A DNA stretch of 64,000 nucleotides from Takakia lepidozioides (taxonomy: Eukaryota; Plantae; Bryophyta): the NCBI GenBank assembly GCA_030704615.1, contig CM060733.1, positions 26,474,001 through 26,538,000 of the forward strand, written 5' to 3'. Under the pieces are notes generated by a model. The model saw nothing but the letters and a program-made list of their open reading frames with translations, was not told the origin of the DNA and ran no database searches. Both the position numbers and the translations under genes were made by a program. This document shows positions 1 to 11,916 of the stretch, one piece after another. Numbering within the stretch: position 1 is the first letter of the stretch; every line of letters begins with the position of its first letter.

Positions 1-584
1 TGACTCTAGCCACTCGGAGTAACTAAGAGCCACTTCACCTAGTGAGCTAGGATTCAAAGTGAAGGTCGTCATTTGGGATGAAGAGACGCTATAAATTACG
101 CTTCTACCGGAAGAGTCATATTTTTTTTTTCATTGTTGCAACATATATCAGTGTCTGACCACACTCAAATAAGAAACCCATGCTACAATAGTGATGATAG
201 TTGAAATTAATGTGAAAGATTGAAGACCCATGACGGTATATGTACCCCTACAAGCTCTACTCGTTGGGCTCTGTCAACGGTCTTTGCGTGCAGGATGGGC
301 AACCCATCCCTTGGCTCCATAGACCGCACAGTTTGCAATGTCGAGGTTGCAGTTGCCACAACCACGGTCACAATTGGGTTCCGTGGGGCGGCACTCCTCT
401 CAGTTTTACGACATTGTATTTGTTTTTCTACATTGTGCTATATTGTCTACAATGTTCTCTTTGTAGTACTCTGCTTATACAATAGTGGTGATGTAGTAGT
501 GACACCATAAGTTACGCTTGCTTCGGCAACGCGTTTACTTTTTATTTTGGGGTGATGTAGGATGTATTTGCGTCTTTCTCCACC

Positions 585-1755
585 ATGTTGGAATGTAAGG
601 ATGTTTTCAACACTAATTTTGTTGAATTCCTAAACAAAGCTGAGAATGAAGATGTGAAGATCAGTGAGCTCGAACTAGAGGCTAGGGATGTTGGTAGGGG
701 CGCTACATTTGATGGAGTTAATGGATTTGATGTACTTCAGCGTGATCTTATTGCTTCTATGCGGGCCAAAATGCAAAGCCCTCCAAATGGTATCTTCATC
801 AATGTGGACCTACAGTGGACTCCACATGTGACTGTAGGACATGAACAATACAAAGAGACTTGTACCGCCATCATACCATGGGATCGTGTGTCTGATTTCA
901 TTGAAGGGGAGCAGAAAAATCATCAATTTCCTACTAGTTTCACAGAAGATGTCATGACGAGACATGCTCTTGGATCTATCACCCAGCCACGGGCGAAAAG
1001 TAGCACTTTGCTTGTGAGGTGAGCTATCAAGTGCAATATCAAAACTGTTCTTCGAGCTCAAACTTTGTGTTTCAAACATGTATTGCATCTGACATATATT
1101 GGTGGACATCTACCTAAAACTTGTGAACAGATATCGTTGTTGTTATGGCCCTCAAGACTATAGTCACATGGTGGTTCATGTTGTGAGAGCACTACTCATA
1201 TCTACACAAAAGAAACAAAAACAGAAAGTTCGTAAACGGAAGAAGAAATCAAAAAATCAAGTCAAAGCTTCGCAAAAAGAGGTCGTCTTGGAAACCACGA
1301 CACATGTTCTCAGATTGTTATTGCACACAAAAAATTATATATGAATGTTCTACAAATATATATGTTTTGCTCAATCTACCCCACACATAATCTGTTCAAC
1401 TTTCAGAAGTTCATTGGTATAATAGCTGTGTATTCATGTTGTATTATGATTCATTTCAATTGCTTGCACTACAATTTCACATATATGTCATGATGCAGGA
1501 GTAGTCCAGTTGAGTGTAACATGGAAGGATTCAAAAGAAAAAGAGGGGGATCACATAAGAAAAATGTCAAACATGTCTGTTTATAAACGTGGCTGTCAAT
1601 GTCAGTTTCTTATAAAACAAATGTATCTTGATAAATCTTATACAACATGGAACATGCAAATACTAATGGAGAAATTGTATGTCGTGGGGGCTCATTTGCT
1701 CAATTTCGGTTTTCTCTCACAAAGGGATGTGATGCCAAATGCAAGAATTCTGTAG
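585..1755 (+). pseudogene. 5' fragment of a MULE transposase of the same family as 7416-10801
   Basis: Peptides AIIPWDRVSDFIEGEQ, YRCCYGPQDY and SVYKRGCQCQF are collinear with AVVPWSRIPDFLEGER, YHCCYGPID and ESYKRGCTCSF of the 7416-10801 transposase. Truncated before the DDE core. Confidence 0.65.
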
Positions 1756-2648
1756 GAGTCTCCCGCAAACCTTCATGACTGCTACCACCCGTTTGGCTCC
1801 TGTAAGGAAAGACATGCACATTGTATCAACAGATCATATGAATAGTGGATAGATACTAAACCATGCCACATGAGAGTCTACTACCACAGGCATTGACCTC
1901 ATTTAGCTAAGTTGTCAGGCCTCACAACTCACCATGAGTATTCAAAACAAACAGTGACACTTACCACGTCTTAATAGGGGAAGGTCCCGCATCATCTGCT
2001 TTTCCTTTTCCTTTTCCTGTGTAATCATCACTAGGATCCTCGTCTTTGAATTGTCTTGCTCAGAGTAGTCTGAACTGTCATCAGGAGAATCTTCCCCTAC
2101 AAAAACACAACCCCATTAGCACCTGGACACCTGCAACATTATTATATTTGTCTGAAACCTTAGTTTCCCAACCTCAACTATGTTTCTACTTCGAATGGGA
2201 TTATCATCAGCACAAGTCCTGGCATAACACAAAGCCCGCATTAAGGAGATGGCTTTGTTGAATGCTCCAGTGGATAGAGACACTTTTGTATTCCCTAGTG
2301 ACGTTTGCAATCTCTCCAACAAACGTGTCGAAGAGTTGTGGCAAAAACATCCAAATGACCCTATGAGGATGCGTATGTTGATGTAGGAAAATCAAGAGTC
2401 CATCTTCTTCTATCAAGAACATTTTGTTTTGATTTGAATGCCCCTTCTCATGCAGAACTTCCTTTCACTCTAGGTATCCAAATTGATTGGCAAAGGGATG
2501 ATGCTCAAGTTTGGACATTTGAGGGCAGTGTTCTGTGATGCCACTTTAGAAGAAGGTTTGTGTGTATCATAGGGAAGTCACTTCCATTTTGTTTTTCGAA
2601 TGGTGTGCAAAAACATTTAGGGTAAAATATATTCTTTGAAGGTAAAAT

Positions 2649-3270
2649 TTACAATATTTTTAGAAATAAAAATCTTTGTAGTATGGTTTGAATATACTTG
2701 TGCTGATGCATATAAATTGTATGATTTCTCCGATCTTTGTGAATTTGTATACCAAGGTAGAACTGAATCTCACCTATATCAGTCATAGCAAACTCTGAAC
2801 GTTGTAGAGCTTTGGTTTGTGGTAGTATGCCTTGACGATCATTGGTAACAATAATGGTGTCATTCACGTATATCGCTATGACCACAAATGGATCGAGTTT
2901 CGTCCTCATCACATAAATATTTGAGTCTGTTACATTCTTTTCGAACTTTACTTGCACAAGATAAGCATCGATCCTAGCATATTACCAACACTGGACTTTG
3001 TTTGAGCCCATATAAGCTCTTATGCAGTTTGCACACGAGATTCATTCCTTGAGCATATCTTTCAGGTTGTCTCATATAAATCTCTTCATTGAGCTCACCA
3101 CTCAAAATTGATGAACCTCATTTTAATTATATTGAGCTAAAAGGACCAATAACACTTTGATAAAAGCAATCTTCACAACCGGTGAGAATGTTTCATTGTA
3201 GTCCACTCCTTCAACTTGTGAATAGCCTCTAGCTTCAGTTTGAGTATCCATTTGCAACCAATGGCTCGTC
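2649..3270 (-). mobile_element. Ty1/Copia reverse transcriptase fragment (degenerate)
   Basis: [42 protein letters not shown] and FAMTDIGEIQFYLGIQI are RVT_2-type motifs, with stops and frameshifts. Confidence 0.85.
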
Positions 3271-3588
3271 GTCCCCATATTACTTGGTCAACCTCGATTA
3301 ACAAATTTAATCTGCAGGTAGGAAAAGATCATATAAAGGTAACCATTAGTTTATATTCACTGCCTCTGTTGAAGATTACATGTAGGTGCTCCGCAGCTGA
3401 ATGATATAGTCTATGAACTATCCACCAGCAGATACTTTGGCCTTAGTTGGCTATTTTGTCGTTGTACATACATGCAGTTATTATCTTCTATACGTGTAAA
3501 CAAATTTTCAGTTTGAGGTATTCAAGTTGCACGCATGAAAATAGACTTGTGGATATCGGAGCTGGTCCTTGTTGGTCAGGCCCCTTCA

Positions 3589-3875
3589 CAATGTTTTTTC
3601 TCTGAAATTGGAAAAATAGCGCGAGTGGCTATAGAGTTTGGGAAAAAATAGCCATACATTCTGTTCATCCATTGAAATTAGGACAGAATCATCCACCTCC
3701 ATACTTAAAATCCATTTATATCATCCATATTTGGCAAATCCATCCATAATTTATTTTTCATTTGGAGAAAATTGGCGATTTCATCCATGAAAAAACAAAG
3801 AATTTGCGACAGAATATTCCATCTTATTTTTTGAGGTCGAAATTTGGAGAAAATTCGCCAGCAAAAAAAACGTTG
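3589..3875. mobile_element. 287-bp MITE, hAT-type
   Basis: Ends CAATGTTTTTT ... AAAAAAACGTTG form an inverted pair, flanked by an exact 8-bp direct repeat CCCCTTCA (3581-3588 and 3876-3883). Non-coding. Confidence 0.78.
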
Positions 3876-4214
3876 CCCCTTCATTTTTCACAACATTTAG
3901 AGATTGTAGGCTGGCACTACAAGAAAAGGGGGGGGGTTTAGCCACGCTGCGGCGACGCTAAAGCCCCCTTTTGGAGCGGGTAGAAGCCCTAGATTGCGAC
4001 ACTCGGGCATCGCAGCGGCGTCGCAAAAATATCGTCGCTAATTTGCGACGTATGGGGGTCGCTAGGTAATGCCGGCGCGACTTTGCGATGCTGGCGCGAC
4101 TTGCGACCCCCGGACGTCCAAAAAAACAAAAAACAAAATGGTTTCTTTATCGGCGACGCCGCATTAGCGACGTCTGGGGGTCGCAAAGTACGTCCGGACG
4201 TCGTAGTTTAGGGG

Positions 4215-7200
4215 GGAAGATAATAGGAATAATGTAAGAACTTAATGCAAGCGCGTCAGGACGGTCCAGCCCTGACACCCGTACCGCCGGTTCTTCGCCT
4301 CCGGCAGACATCGAAAGACAACCGGCTGGGCTCGATCAATCCCTCCCCACCCTCGCCCTCATACCATCGGCGTCGTCGCCCCCTGCGTCGTCGTTCTGCG
4401 ACACCAGTCCGCCGCTTCCAGCAGTCCGCCAGTTCCCTGTAACCCCCGCCCCGGGTTCAACCATCACCCCCATGTAACCCTCTGTAACTCCGCCAAGTGT
4501 AACCCACACCACCATGTAACCCTCTGTAACCCATATAACCCCATGACCCTCTGTAACCCTCACCACCATGTAACCCTCTGTAACCCATGTAACCCTCTAT
4601 AACACCGCAGAGTGTCACCCCCACCCCTATGTAACCCTCACTACATGTAACCCTCTGTAACCCATGTAATCCTCTATAACACCGTAGAGTGTCACCCCCA
4701 CCCCTATGTAACCCTCACTACATGTAACCCTCTGTAACACTTTGCAACCAATGTAACCCTCTGTAACCCTCTGTAACCCATGTAACCCTCTGTAACATCG
4801 CAGAGTGTCGCCCTCACCCCTTATGTAACCCTCTGTGACCCTTTGTAAACCCTCACCACCATGTAACCCTCTGTAACACCGCAAAGTGTCACCCTCACCC
4901 GTATGTAACCCTCACTCCATGTAACCCTCTCTGACCCTCTGTAACCCTCACCACCATGTAACCCTCTGTAACCCATGTAACCCTCTGTGACCCTTTATAT
5001 CCCTCACCAGGTGTAACCCTTACCACCATGTAACCCTCAGTAACACCGCAGAGTGTCACCCTCGCCACCATGTAACCCTCCGTAACCCTCACAAACCCTC
5101 TGTGACACCGCAGAGTGTCACCCTCATCCCATGTAACCCTCACTCCATGTAACCCTCACAAACCGTCTGTGGCTCTGTAACCCATGTAACCCTCTGTAAC
5201 ACCGCAGAGTGTCGCCCTCACCCCTTATGTAACCCTCACTCCATGTAACCCTCTCTGACCCTTTGTAACCCTCACCACCATGTAACCCTCTGTAACACCG
5301 CAGAGTGTCACCCTCACCCGTATGTAACCCTCACTCCATGTAACCCTCTCTGACCCTCTGTAACCCTCTTATGTAACCCTCACTCCATGTAACCCTCTGT
5401 AACCCATGTAACCCTCTGTGACCCTCTGTAACCCTCACCACCATGTAACCCTCTGTAACCCTCTATATCCCTCACCAGATGTAACCCATGTAACCCTCTA
5501 TAACCCATGTAACCCTCTGTGACCCTTTGTAACCCTCACCACCATGTAACCCTCTGTAACACCGTAGAGTGTCACCCTCACCCGTATGTAACCCTCACTC
5601 CATGTAACCCTCTCTGACCCTCTGTAACCCTCATCACCATGTAACCCATGTAACCCTCTGTGACCCTCTATATCCCTCACCAGGTGTAACCCTTACCACC
5701 ATGTAACCCTCTGTAACACCGCAGAGTGTCACCCTCGCCACCATGTAATCCTCCGTAACCCTCACAAACCCTTTGTGACACCGCAGAGTGTCACCCTCAT
5801 CCCCATGTAACCCTCACTCCATGTAACCCTGTGACCCTCCGTGGCTCTGTAACCCATGTAATCCTCTGTAACACCGTAGAGTGTCACCCTCATCCCTTAT
5901 GTAACCCTCACCCCTTATGTAACCCTCACTCCATGTAACCCTTTGTAACCCATGTAACCCTCTGTGACCCTTTGTAACCCTCACCACCATGTAACCCTCT
6001 GTAACACCGCAGAATGTCACCCTCACCCCTATGTAATCCTCACTCCATGTAACCCTCTCTGACCCTCTGTAACCCTCTGTAACCCATGTAACCCTCTGTG
6101 ACCCTCTATATCCCTCACTAGGTGTAACCCTTACCACCATGTAACCCTCTGTAACACCGCAGAGTGTCACCCCCATCCCTATGCATCCCTCACTCCTTGT
6201 AGCCCATGTAATCCTCTGTGACCCTGCGTAACCCATGTAACCCTCTGTGACCCTGTGTAACTCATGTAACCCCATGTAACCCTCACTTCATGTAACCCTC
6301 TCTGACCCTCTATAACCCATGTAACCCTCTATGACCCTCTATAACCCTCACCAGGTGTAACCTTCACCACCATGTAACCCTAAATAACCCTCTGTAACAC
6401 CGTAGAGTGTCACCCTCACCCCTGTGTAACCTCACTCCATGTAACCCTCTATGACCCTCTATAACCCTCACCAGGTGTAACCTTCACCACCATGTAACCC
6501 TAAGTAACCCTCTGTAACACCGTAGAGTGTCACCCTCACCCCTGTGTAACCTCACTCCATGTAACCCTCTGTGACCCTCTATAACCCTCACCAGGTGTAA
6601 CCTTTACCACCATGTAACCCTAAGTAACCCTCTGTAACACCGTAGAGTGTCACCCTCACCCCTGTGTAACCTCACTCCATGTAACCCTCTGTGACCCTCT
6701 GTGACTCTCTGTAACCCTCACCAGGTGTAACCCTCCGTAACCCGTTTATCCCTCTGTAACACCGCTAAGTGTCACCCTCACTCCATGTAACCCTCCCATG
6801 TAACCCTATGTCACCCTCTGTAACCCATGTAACCCCATGACCCTCTGTAACCCTTCGTAACCCATGTAACCCTCTGTTACTCCGCGGGGTGTAACCCTCA
6901 CTCCATGTTATCTTGCATCGTGTAACCCCAATGTAAGCTTGTATCATGTTATCCCATATACCCCTCTCCGTGTAACTCCAGTTCCTCGTAACCCCATCAT
7001 CCCTATAACCCTCTGCACGTCAGCCCTTTAGCTCCGCCTCGTGTAACCCTCATTGTGCAACTCTCACATTGTAACCCCACCATGTAACCCCGATACTGTA
7101 TCAATCCCCTCCGTGTAACCCCCGATTGTGTCACTCATAGCTCGTGTCACCCCGGATCCTTTATCCCCAATGCATGTCACCCCTGTTCGTGTAGCCCCTT
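4215..7200 (+). repeat. Left long TIR: ~250-bp unique terminus plus TGTAACCC(TC)/GTGTCACCC minisatellite
   Basis: Dense array of TGTAACCC modules interleaved with ACACCGCAGAGTGTCACCCTC, ACTCCATG and ACCACCATG modules. Degenerates inward after ~6900. Confidence 0.92.
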
Positions 7201-7415
7201 GGTGCCCGGCAAAAATTGGCGGGCTCCAAGAGGTGTCAGATATTTTGAATTCAAACCTGGGTTACACGATTCGGTGACATCAAAACCCACGTGTAACTCC
7301 ATCATCGCTCGTCATTTTCACCAGGTGCGTAGACGACGTGCAGTCCCGAGGGCTCCGCTGCGTTGCCCGCGTGTGTTATGCGATTTGTACTGTACTAGTG
7401 GTACTGTTGCTGCTA

Positions 7416-10400
7416 ATGGCATGTGCTGCCGCGAAGGTGCTAGACGAGGAACGCAAAGCAGCATTGGAATCAAATGGTTTGAAAGATGAGGTGGGAGAAC
7501 TCTGTCATTTGCAGCATTTGGTATCTCATTTGAAATGCATCCTACAGCTGCCCATAGACGGGCTTTTCAATCACACAAACCTCCGTTGGATATGCCAGGT
7601 TTCCCAAGGAAAAGGGAAACGGATATCCATCGAAGTAGCTGTCGTTCCATGGTCTCGCATTCCTGATTTTCTGGAGGGAGAAAGGAGTAGAGTGGATGGG
7701 AAGACCCAATTTTATAATCAAGATCGAAGGTACCGTGAGTTGCCAGATTTGACAACACCGCGTGCAAACAGTTATTGTCAGTGGCATAAGTAAGTCACTT
7801 ATGAGGGTTGTATAACATTCCCAGCCCCACTTCTTTCTGCTAGCCTAGCAAAGTCGTATATGGCGATAACCCTCCTCGCTTTATATGCTTTTTTTGCAGG
7901 TACCACTGCTGCTACGGCCCGATAGATAGGCGCACGGACCCGCCAATTGTGAAGAAGAAAGAAAAACCGATAGCAGCCTCCGATAATCAAAAACCAGTCA
8001 AGCGAATCAGACGTAAGGCAGCGGATTTCGGAGAGTCATACAAACGTGGGTGTACGTGTAGCTTCAAAGTTGGCCAGTGTTTTCTAGATTCAGAGTTGGC
8101 AATCATCACATACTTCCAGAAACAACATGTAGATGCAAAAGGAAAGCCATGTCATGGTTCAGCTGACCCCTCTTCCCATTTCTCGCGATTCGTGCATGCC
8201 CCTCGTCTCAGCCAAGATATGAAACAGTGGATCGTCGATAGTCTTCGCAGTGGCCTATCTCCAGCTATGATTATGACACAACACACTCAACAGCTCCAGG
8301 AAGCTTATGCGTCTCAGCCAGGCATGGAGTGGAGTCGCGATTGTTTCTTGTTCGAGTACGACGTGAGAAACATTGTCGACAAGCTTGCGATTGAGAGTTA
8401 CAAAAAACATCCAGATGATGCACAAAGTGTACGTATGTGGGTCGATAGCAATCCTGAAAGCGTCTTCTTCTACCATGAAGAGACAGCGCCAGTGGCGGGT
8501 GATTTGAAGTTCGTAATTAGAATACAAACGGAGTGGCAAAAACAGAAAATGATCGACTTGGGACACAACCGTGTGGTATCCTGCGATGCAACATTTGGGA
8601 CCAACGAAAATAAGGTATTCGTGTCACGCTTTACCTTTCATTGCATTCTGAAATGTGAGTGCCATGCAACTGTTGCCAATATTATAACACTCACCTTATT
8701 CATTTTTGTACCATTGCGACATTGCAGTTCCCAATGTATACCATGATGGTGTTCGACGAATGGCTCAACGGCATACCTGTTGCTTATATTATATCAGCGA
8801 GAAGCAAAACGACTGACATGAGCCCCTGGATGAAACGTCTTCGCGACCGACTTCTTCAGAGCAAACCAGATTGGAGGCCAAATGCTTTTGTTGTCGACGA
8901 TGCAGACGCAGAAATCAATGCTATCAGGTACACGGCTAGAAGTTACAATGTTCTGAGTCACACAGTAATTCACACTACAAGTTGCATGCACGAGGGGTTT
9001 CATGGATCGGGCTACACTGCTGCTAGTTACACTGAGAATCATAGTAAGAGTTAAACTGCCAGTTACACGAGGGGGTGCATTGCTGCTTGTAACACTTGGA
9101 GTTACACTGTCAGTTGCTTGAGGGGTTACATGGATTGGGTTGCAGTGCTGTCTGTTACACTGAGGGTTACACTATCAGTTAGACAGATGGTTATACTGCC
9201 TTGAGTTGGACGGAGGGTTACACTGCTGTGAGTTAGACCGAGGGTTACACTGCTATGAGGTAGACAGAGGGTTACATTGCGAGTTACACTGGGAGTTACA
9301 CGGCGTGTCATCCGCAGTCCTGCATGGATTAGGTTGCACTGCTATAGCATGTGAGTTACACTGGGAGCATCGCAGAGGGTTGTATGGGTTGGGTCGCTCC
9401 GAGAGTTACACGGTGTAACATAGATTGCGTTACAGCGCTGCGAGGGGTTATATGTGTTGGGTTACACTGCTGTGAGTTTCACAGATAGTTACATGACCAG
9501 ATGCACGAGGGGTTACATGAGTCACACTACTAAGAGTGACACTTTGAAGAGTTACACTTCTACGAGTTACACTGCGAAGAGTTCCTCTGATAAGAGTTAC
9601 ATTGACAAGAGTTACACTGATGGATTGGGTGGCATTTTATGTGTGTGCGTGCAGGGAATCGTTTGGGGTTGTAGCGATATTTCTATGCCTTTGGCATGTT
9701 CGCCGCGCTTGGCTGAAACATTCGTGGCGTAAGATGCCCGATCCATACACTCGCAATGCTGTTTTGAAACAGCTTGGCGACGTAATGTACGGCATTAACG
9801 CCTGTGTGGGAGTCACCCCAGAAGAGTGGGCGCTGGAGCGACTGGAAGATTTGAATTATTCCTATCCGCTTGCGCGTGACTTCCTACGTTACATCAGAAT
9901 GGAATGGGTCCCAAAACTGAGCATGTGGATCACGGGGGCTCGTTATATTCCCCACGCAAGTCAGGATACTAATGCCGTAATTGAATCTTGGCACGGAAAT
10001 TTGAAGGCTCGTTTACGCTCGGGAAAGCAAAGGCTTGATGGCAGGAGAATCGATTGGCTGATCAGCGAACTCGTGGGTCCTGTTCTAACCCACTATTGGT
10101 ATAGAGATAACTTGAAATTGAAAGGCTTCAAAAGGAATGTACGACAAGAGGAATTTATCAGTAATGTTGTTTGGACTGCAAGGGAGATCCCTGATGTCAA
10201 TGTTCATTTGCCCACTGTTCCTGGTCATCCGGCGATTGTGGATAGTGTTCAAACGGCCGGTCAAAGCTACACAATCTATGTACCTGCGACCACCTGGGCT
10301 TGTTGCGATTGTCCATGGGCTTTGAAGGGTAACTTGTGCAAACATCAAATCCGCGTTCTTCAATTGATGAAGCCAAATCTGAAGGAAGGGCTTATTGTGA

Positions 10401-10801
10401 AGCTCTGTGGCACAAAGCTCGGGACCATTCATGGAGGTCTTCACATGTTGATGAAATCGGAACTTCCAGATATTGATGCAGAGGAGGAAGTTGTGAATCT
10501 AGCAGAGCCTACGGAGTGCTCAGCATCATCCCAGCGTGGTCGGCAGGAGCCATCGGATGTTTCATCAATTGAATCTGAGATGAAGTCCCTGTCGCTTCTT
10601 GGCAATGAGAGTGAAACAATGCGCAAACATTTGCTTGCCGAGCTTCGTTGTGTTCGTGGGAGGCTGTCCACTTTACAAGTTAGAATCGACAAAGGTCTGT
10701 TGCACCCTCTTCAAGCAATTCCATTCATAAAAAATGATGATGGAAACAACATGTCCCTTGCCAGGAAAGTAGATTTTGTAGACCGGTTCCGTAGTAAGTG
10801 A
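7416..10801 (+). CDS. MULE (Mutator-like) DDE transposase with C-terminal SWIM zinc finger, multi-exon, apparently intact
   Basis: GT-AG introns 7790-7899, 8615-8727 and 8928-9654 splice in frame (possible extra 57-nt intron 7491-7547; start codon uncertain). Motifs: KRGCTCSF...H (WRKY/FAR1-like), SCDATFGTN (D1), FVVDDADAEINAI (D2), LCLWHVRRAW (CxxH), TNAVIESWHGNLK (E), CDCPWALKGNLCKH (SWIM). Confidence 0.9.
8928..9654. repeat. Transposase intron filled with degenerate GGGTTACAC/AGTTACAC motifs
   Basis: Dozens of (G/A)GTTACAC copies, the same core as the TIR minisatellite. Confidence 0.8.
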
Positions 10802-11399
10802 CCATTGAGTCCATTGGCAATGACACTTATTTTGTGATCACCAAGTTTAATATGAAGTACATGTCTGTTCATGGGTTGTTATTCACTTTGCCATTCCACC
10901 CACATTCAACCTATGTAACCCACTCAATGGGACACCCATGGGCCGGGGTGACACACCGCAGGGTTACACTGTCTGGGGTTTCATAACGTAACATAGCTCT
11001 ACTTAGTGTAACTCGCATCTGTGGTACTCTACACAGTGTAACACAGATGAGTGTGAACCTCTTCAGTGTAACTCATTGTGGTGTAACTCCAAGTGTAACT
11101 GCAATGTAACTATCAACAGTGTAACCCAGTATGTAACCCGAGGTTTGCTATTTCATGAGCATGAGCGGCATGAGCGGCATGAGCGGCATGAGCAGAGTAG
11201 TAACACAATCGGTTTTCATGAGCAGAAGTACAAATTTCGAAAATAAAAAACAATAAAAAACAATAAAAAACAATAATTTAATGCAATGTGTCAGAAAAAA
11301 CAAATATATTATTCGGCCCCTTGAAGGGAAAATTGCACTTTTGACAGTTGTGCTCATGATATTTTGTCTTCCGCTCATGCCAATTCCTAGCGACATGTG

Positions 11400-11765
11400 C
11401 AAATATGGCGCCGAATTTCGCGGTAATAGGGTCCGTAACCTGAAAAAACGGCGACGTATTTCGCGGCAATAGGTCTCTCTGGCGAAAAATGGTGCCGAAT
11501 TCCGCGGCTATAGGTCCCCTCATGACAGGTAATTCGGCGCCATTTTTCCAGTGCATGTTCGGACTTAGCCAGTTTTCGGCCCAAAAAGAGAAATTCGGCG
11601 CCATTTTTCCAGACACGGTACCAGTGCATGTTGGGACTTAGCCAGTTTTCGGCCCCAAAAAGAGAAATTCGGCGCCATTTTCCCAAACACAGGTACCAGT
11701 GCATGTTGGACTTAGCGAGTTTTCGGCCCCAAAAAGAGAAATTTGGCGCCATTTTTCCAGAAATG
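11400..11765. repeat. Subterminal ~73-75-bp tandem repeats containing AATTCGGCGCCATTTT and GGACTTAGCC
   Basis: CAGTGCATGTT recurs at ~11549, 11622 and 11697. Shares both motifs with the 22.2-23.2 kb intronic array. Confidence 0.8.
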
Positions 11766-11916
11766 GCCCCAGAACTGCTTCTGTTGGATCTCAGTTTGAA
11801 TGGAATATTGCCTCATTCCAGGAGTTTTGGGGTGCATTTCATTACACTGCAAAAAAAAAGTCTGATACAGCAAAATGCATTTGAAAATATCCATATGGAG
11901 GATTCCGTTTGCCCCA

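Noticed and set aside
1750-2640. Ty3/Gypsy integrase or other coding remnant
   Set aside because: Only short ORFs with no motif I can identify with confidence.
4336-6947. Many small ORFs (RVTEGY/GLHG repeats), also at 49340-50993, 16256-18746 and 22368-23214
   Set aside because: These are translations of tandem repeats, open in several frames, with no domain content.
4440-6950. True or interstitial telomere
   Set aside because: The unit is not tandem TTTAGGG or TTAGGG. The array is modular, paired with an inverted copy, and bounded by transposon termini.
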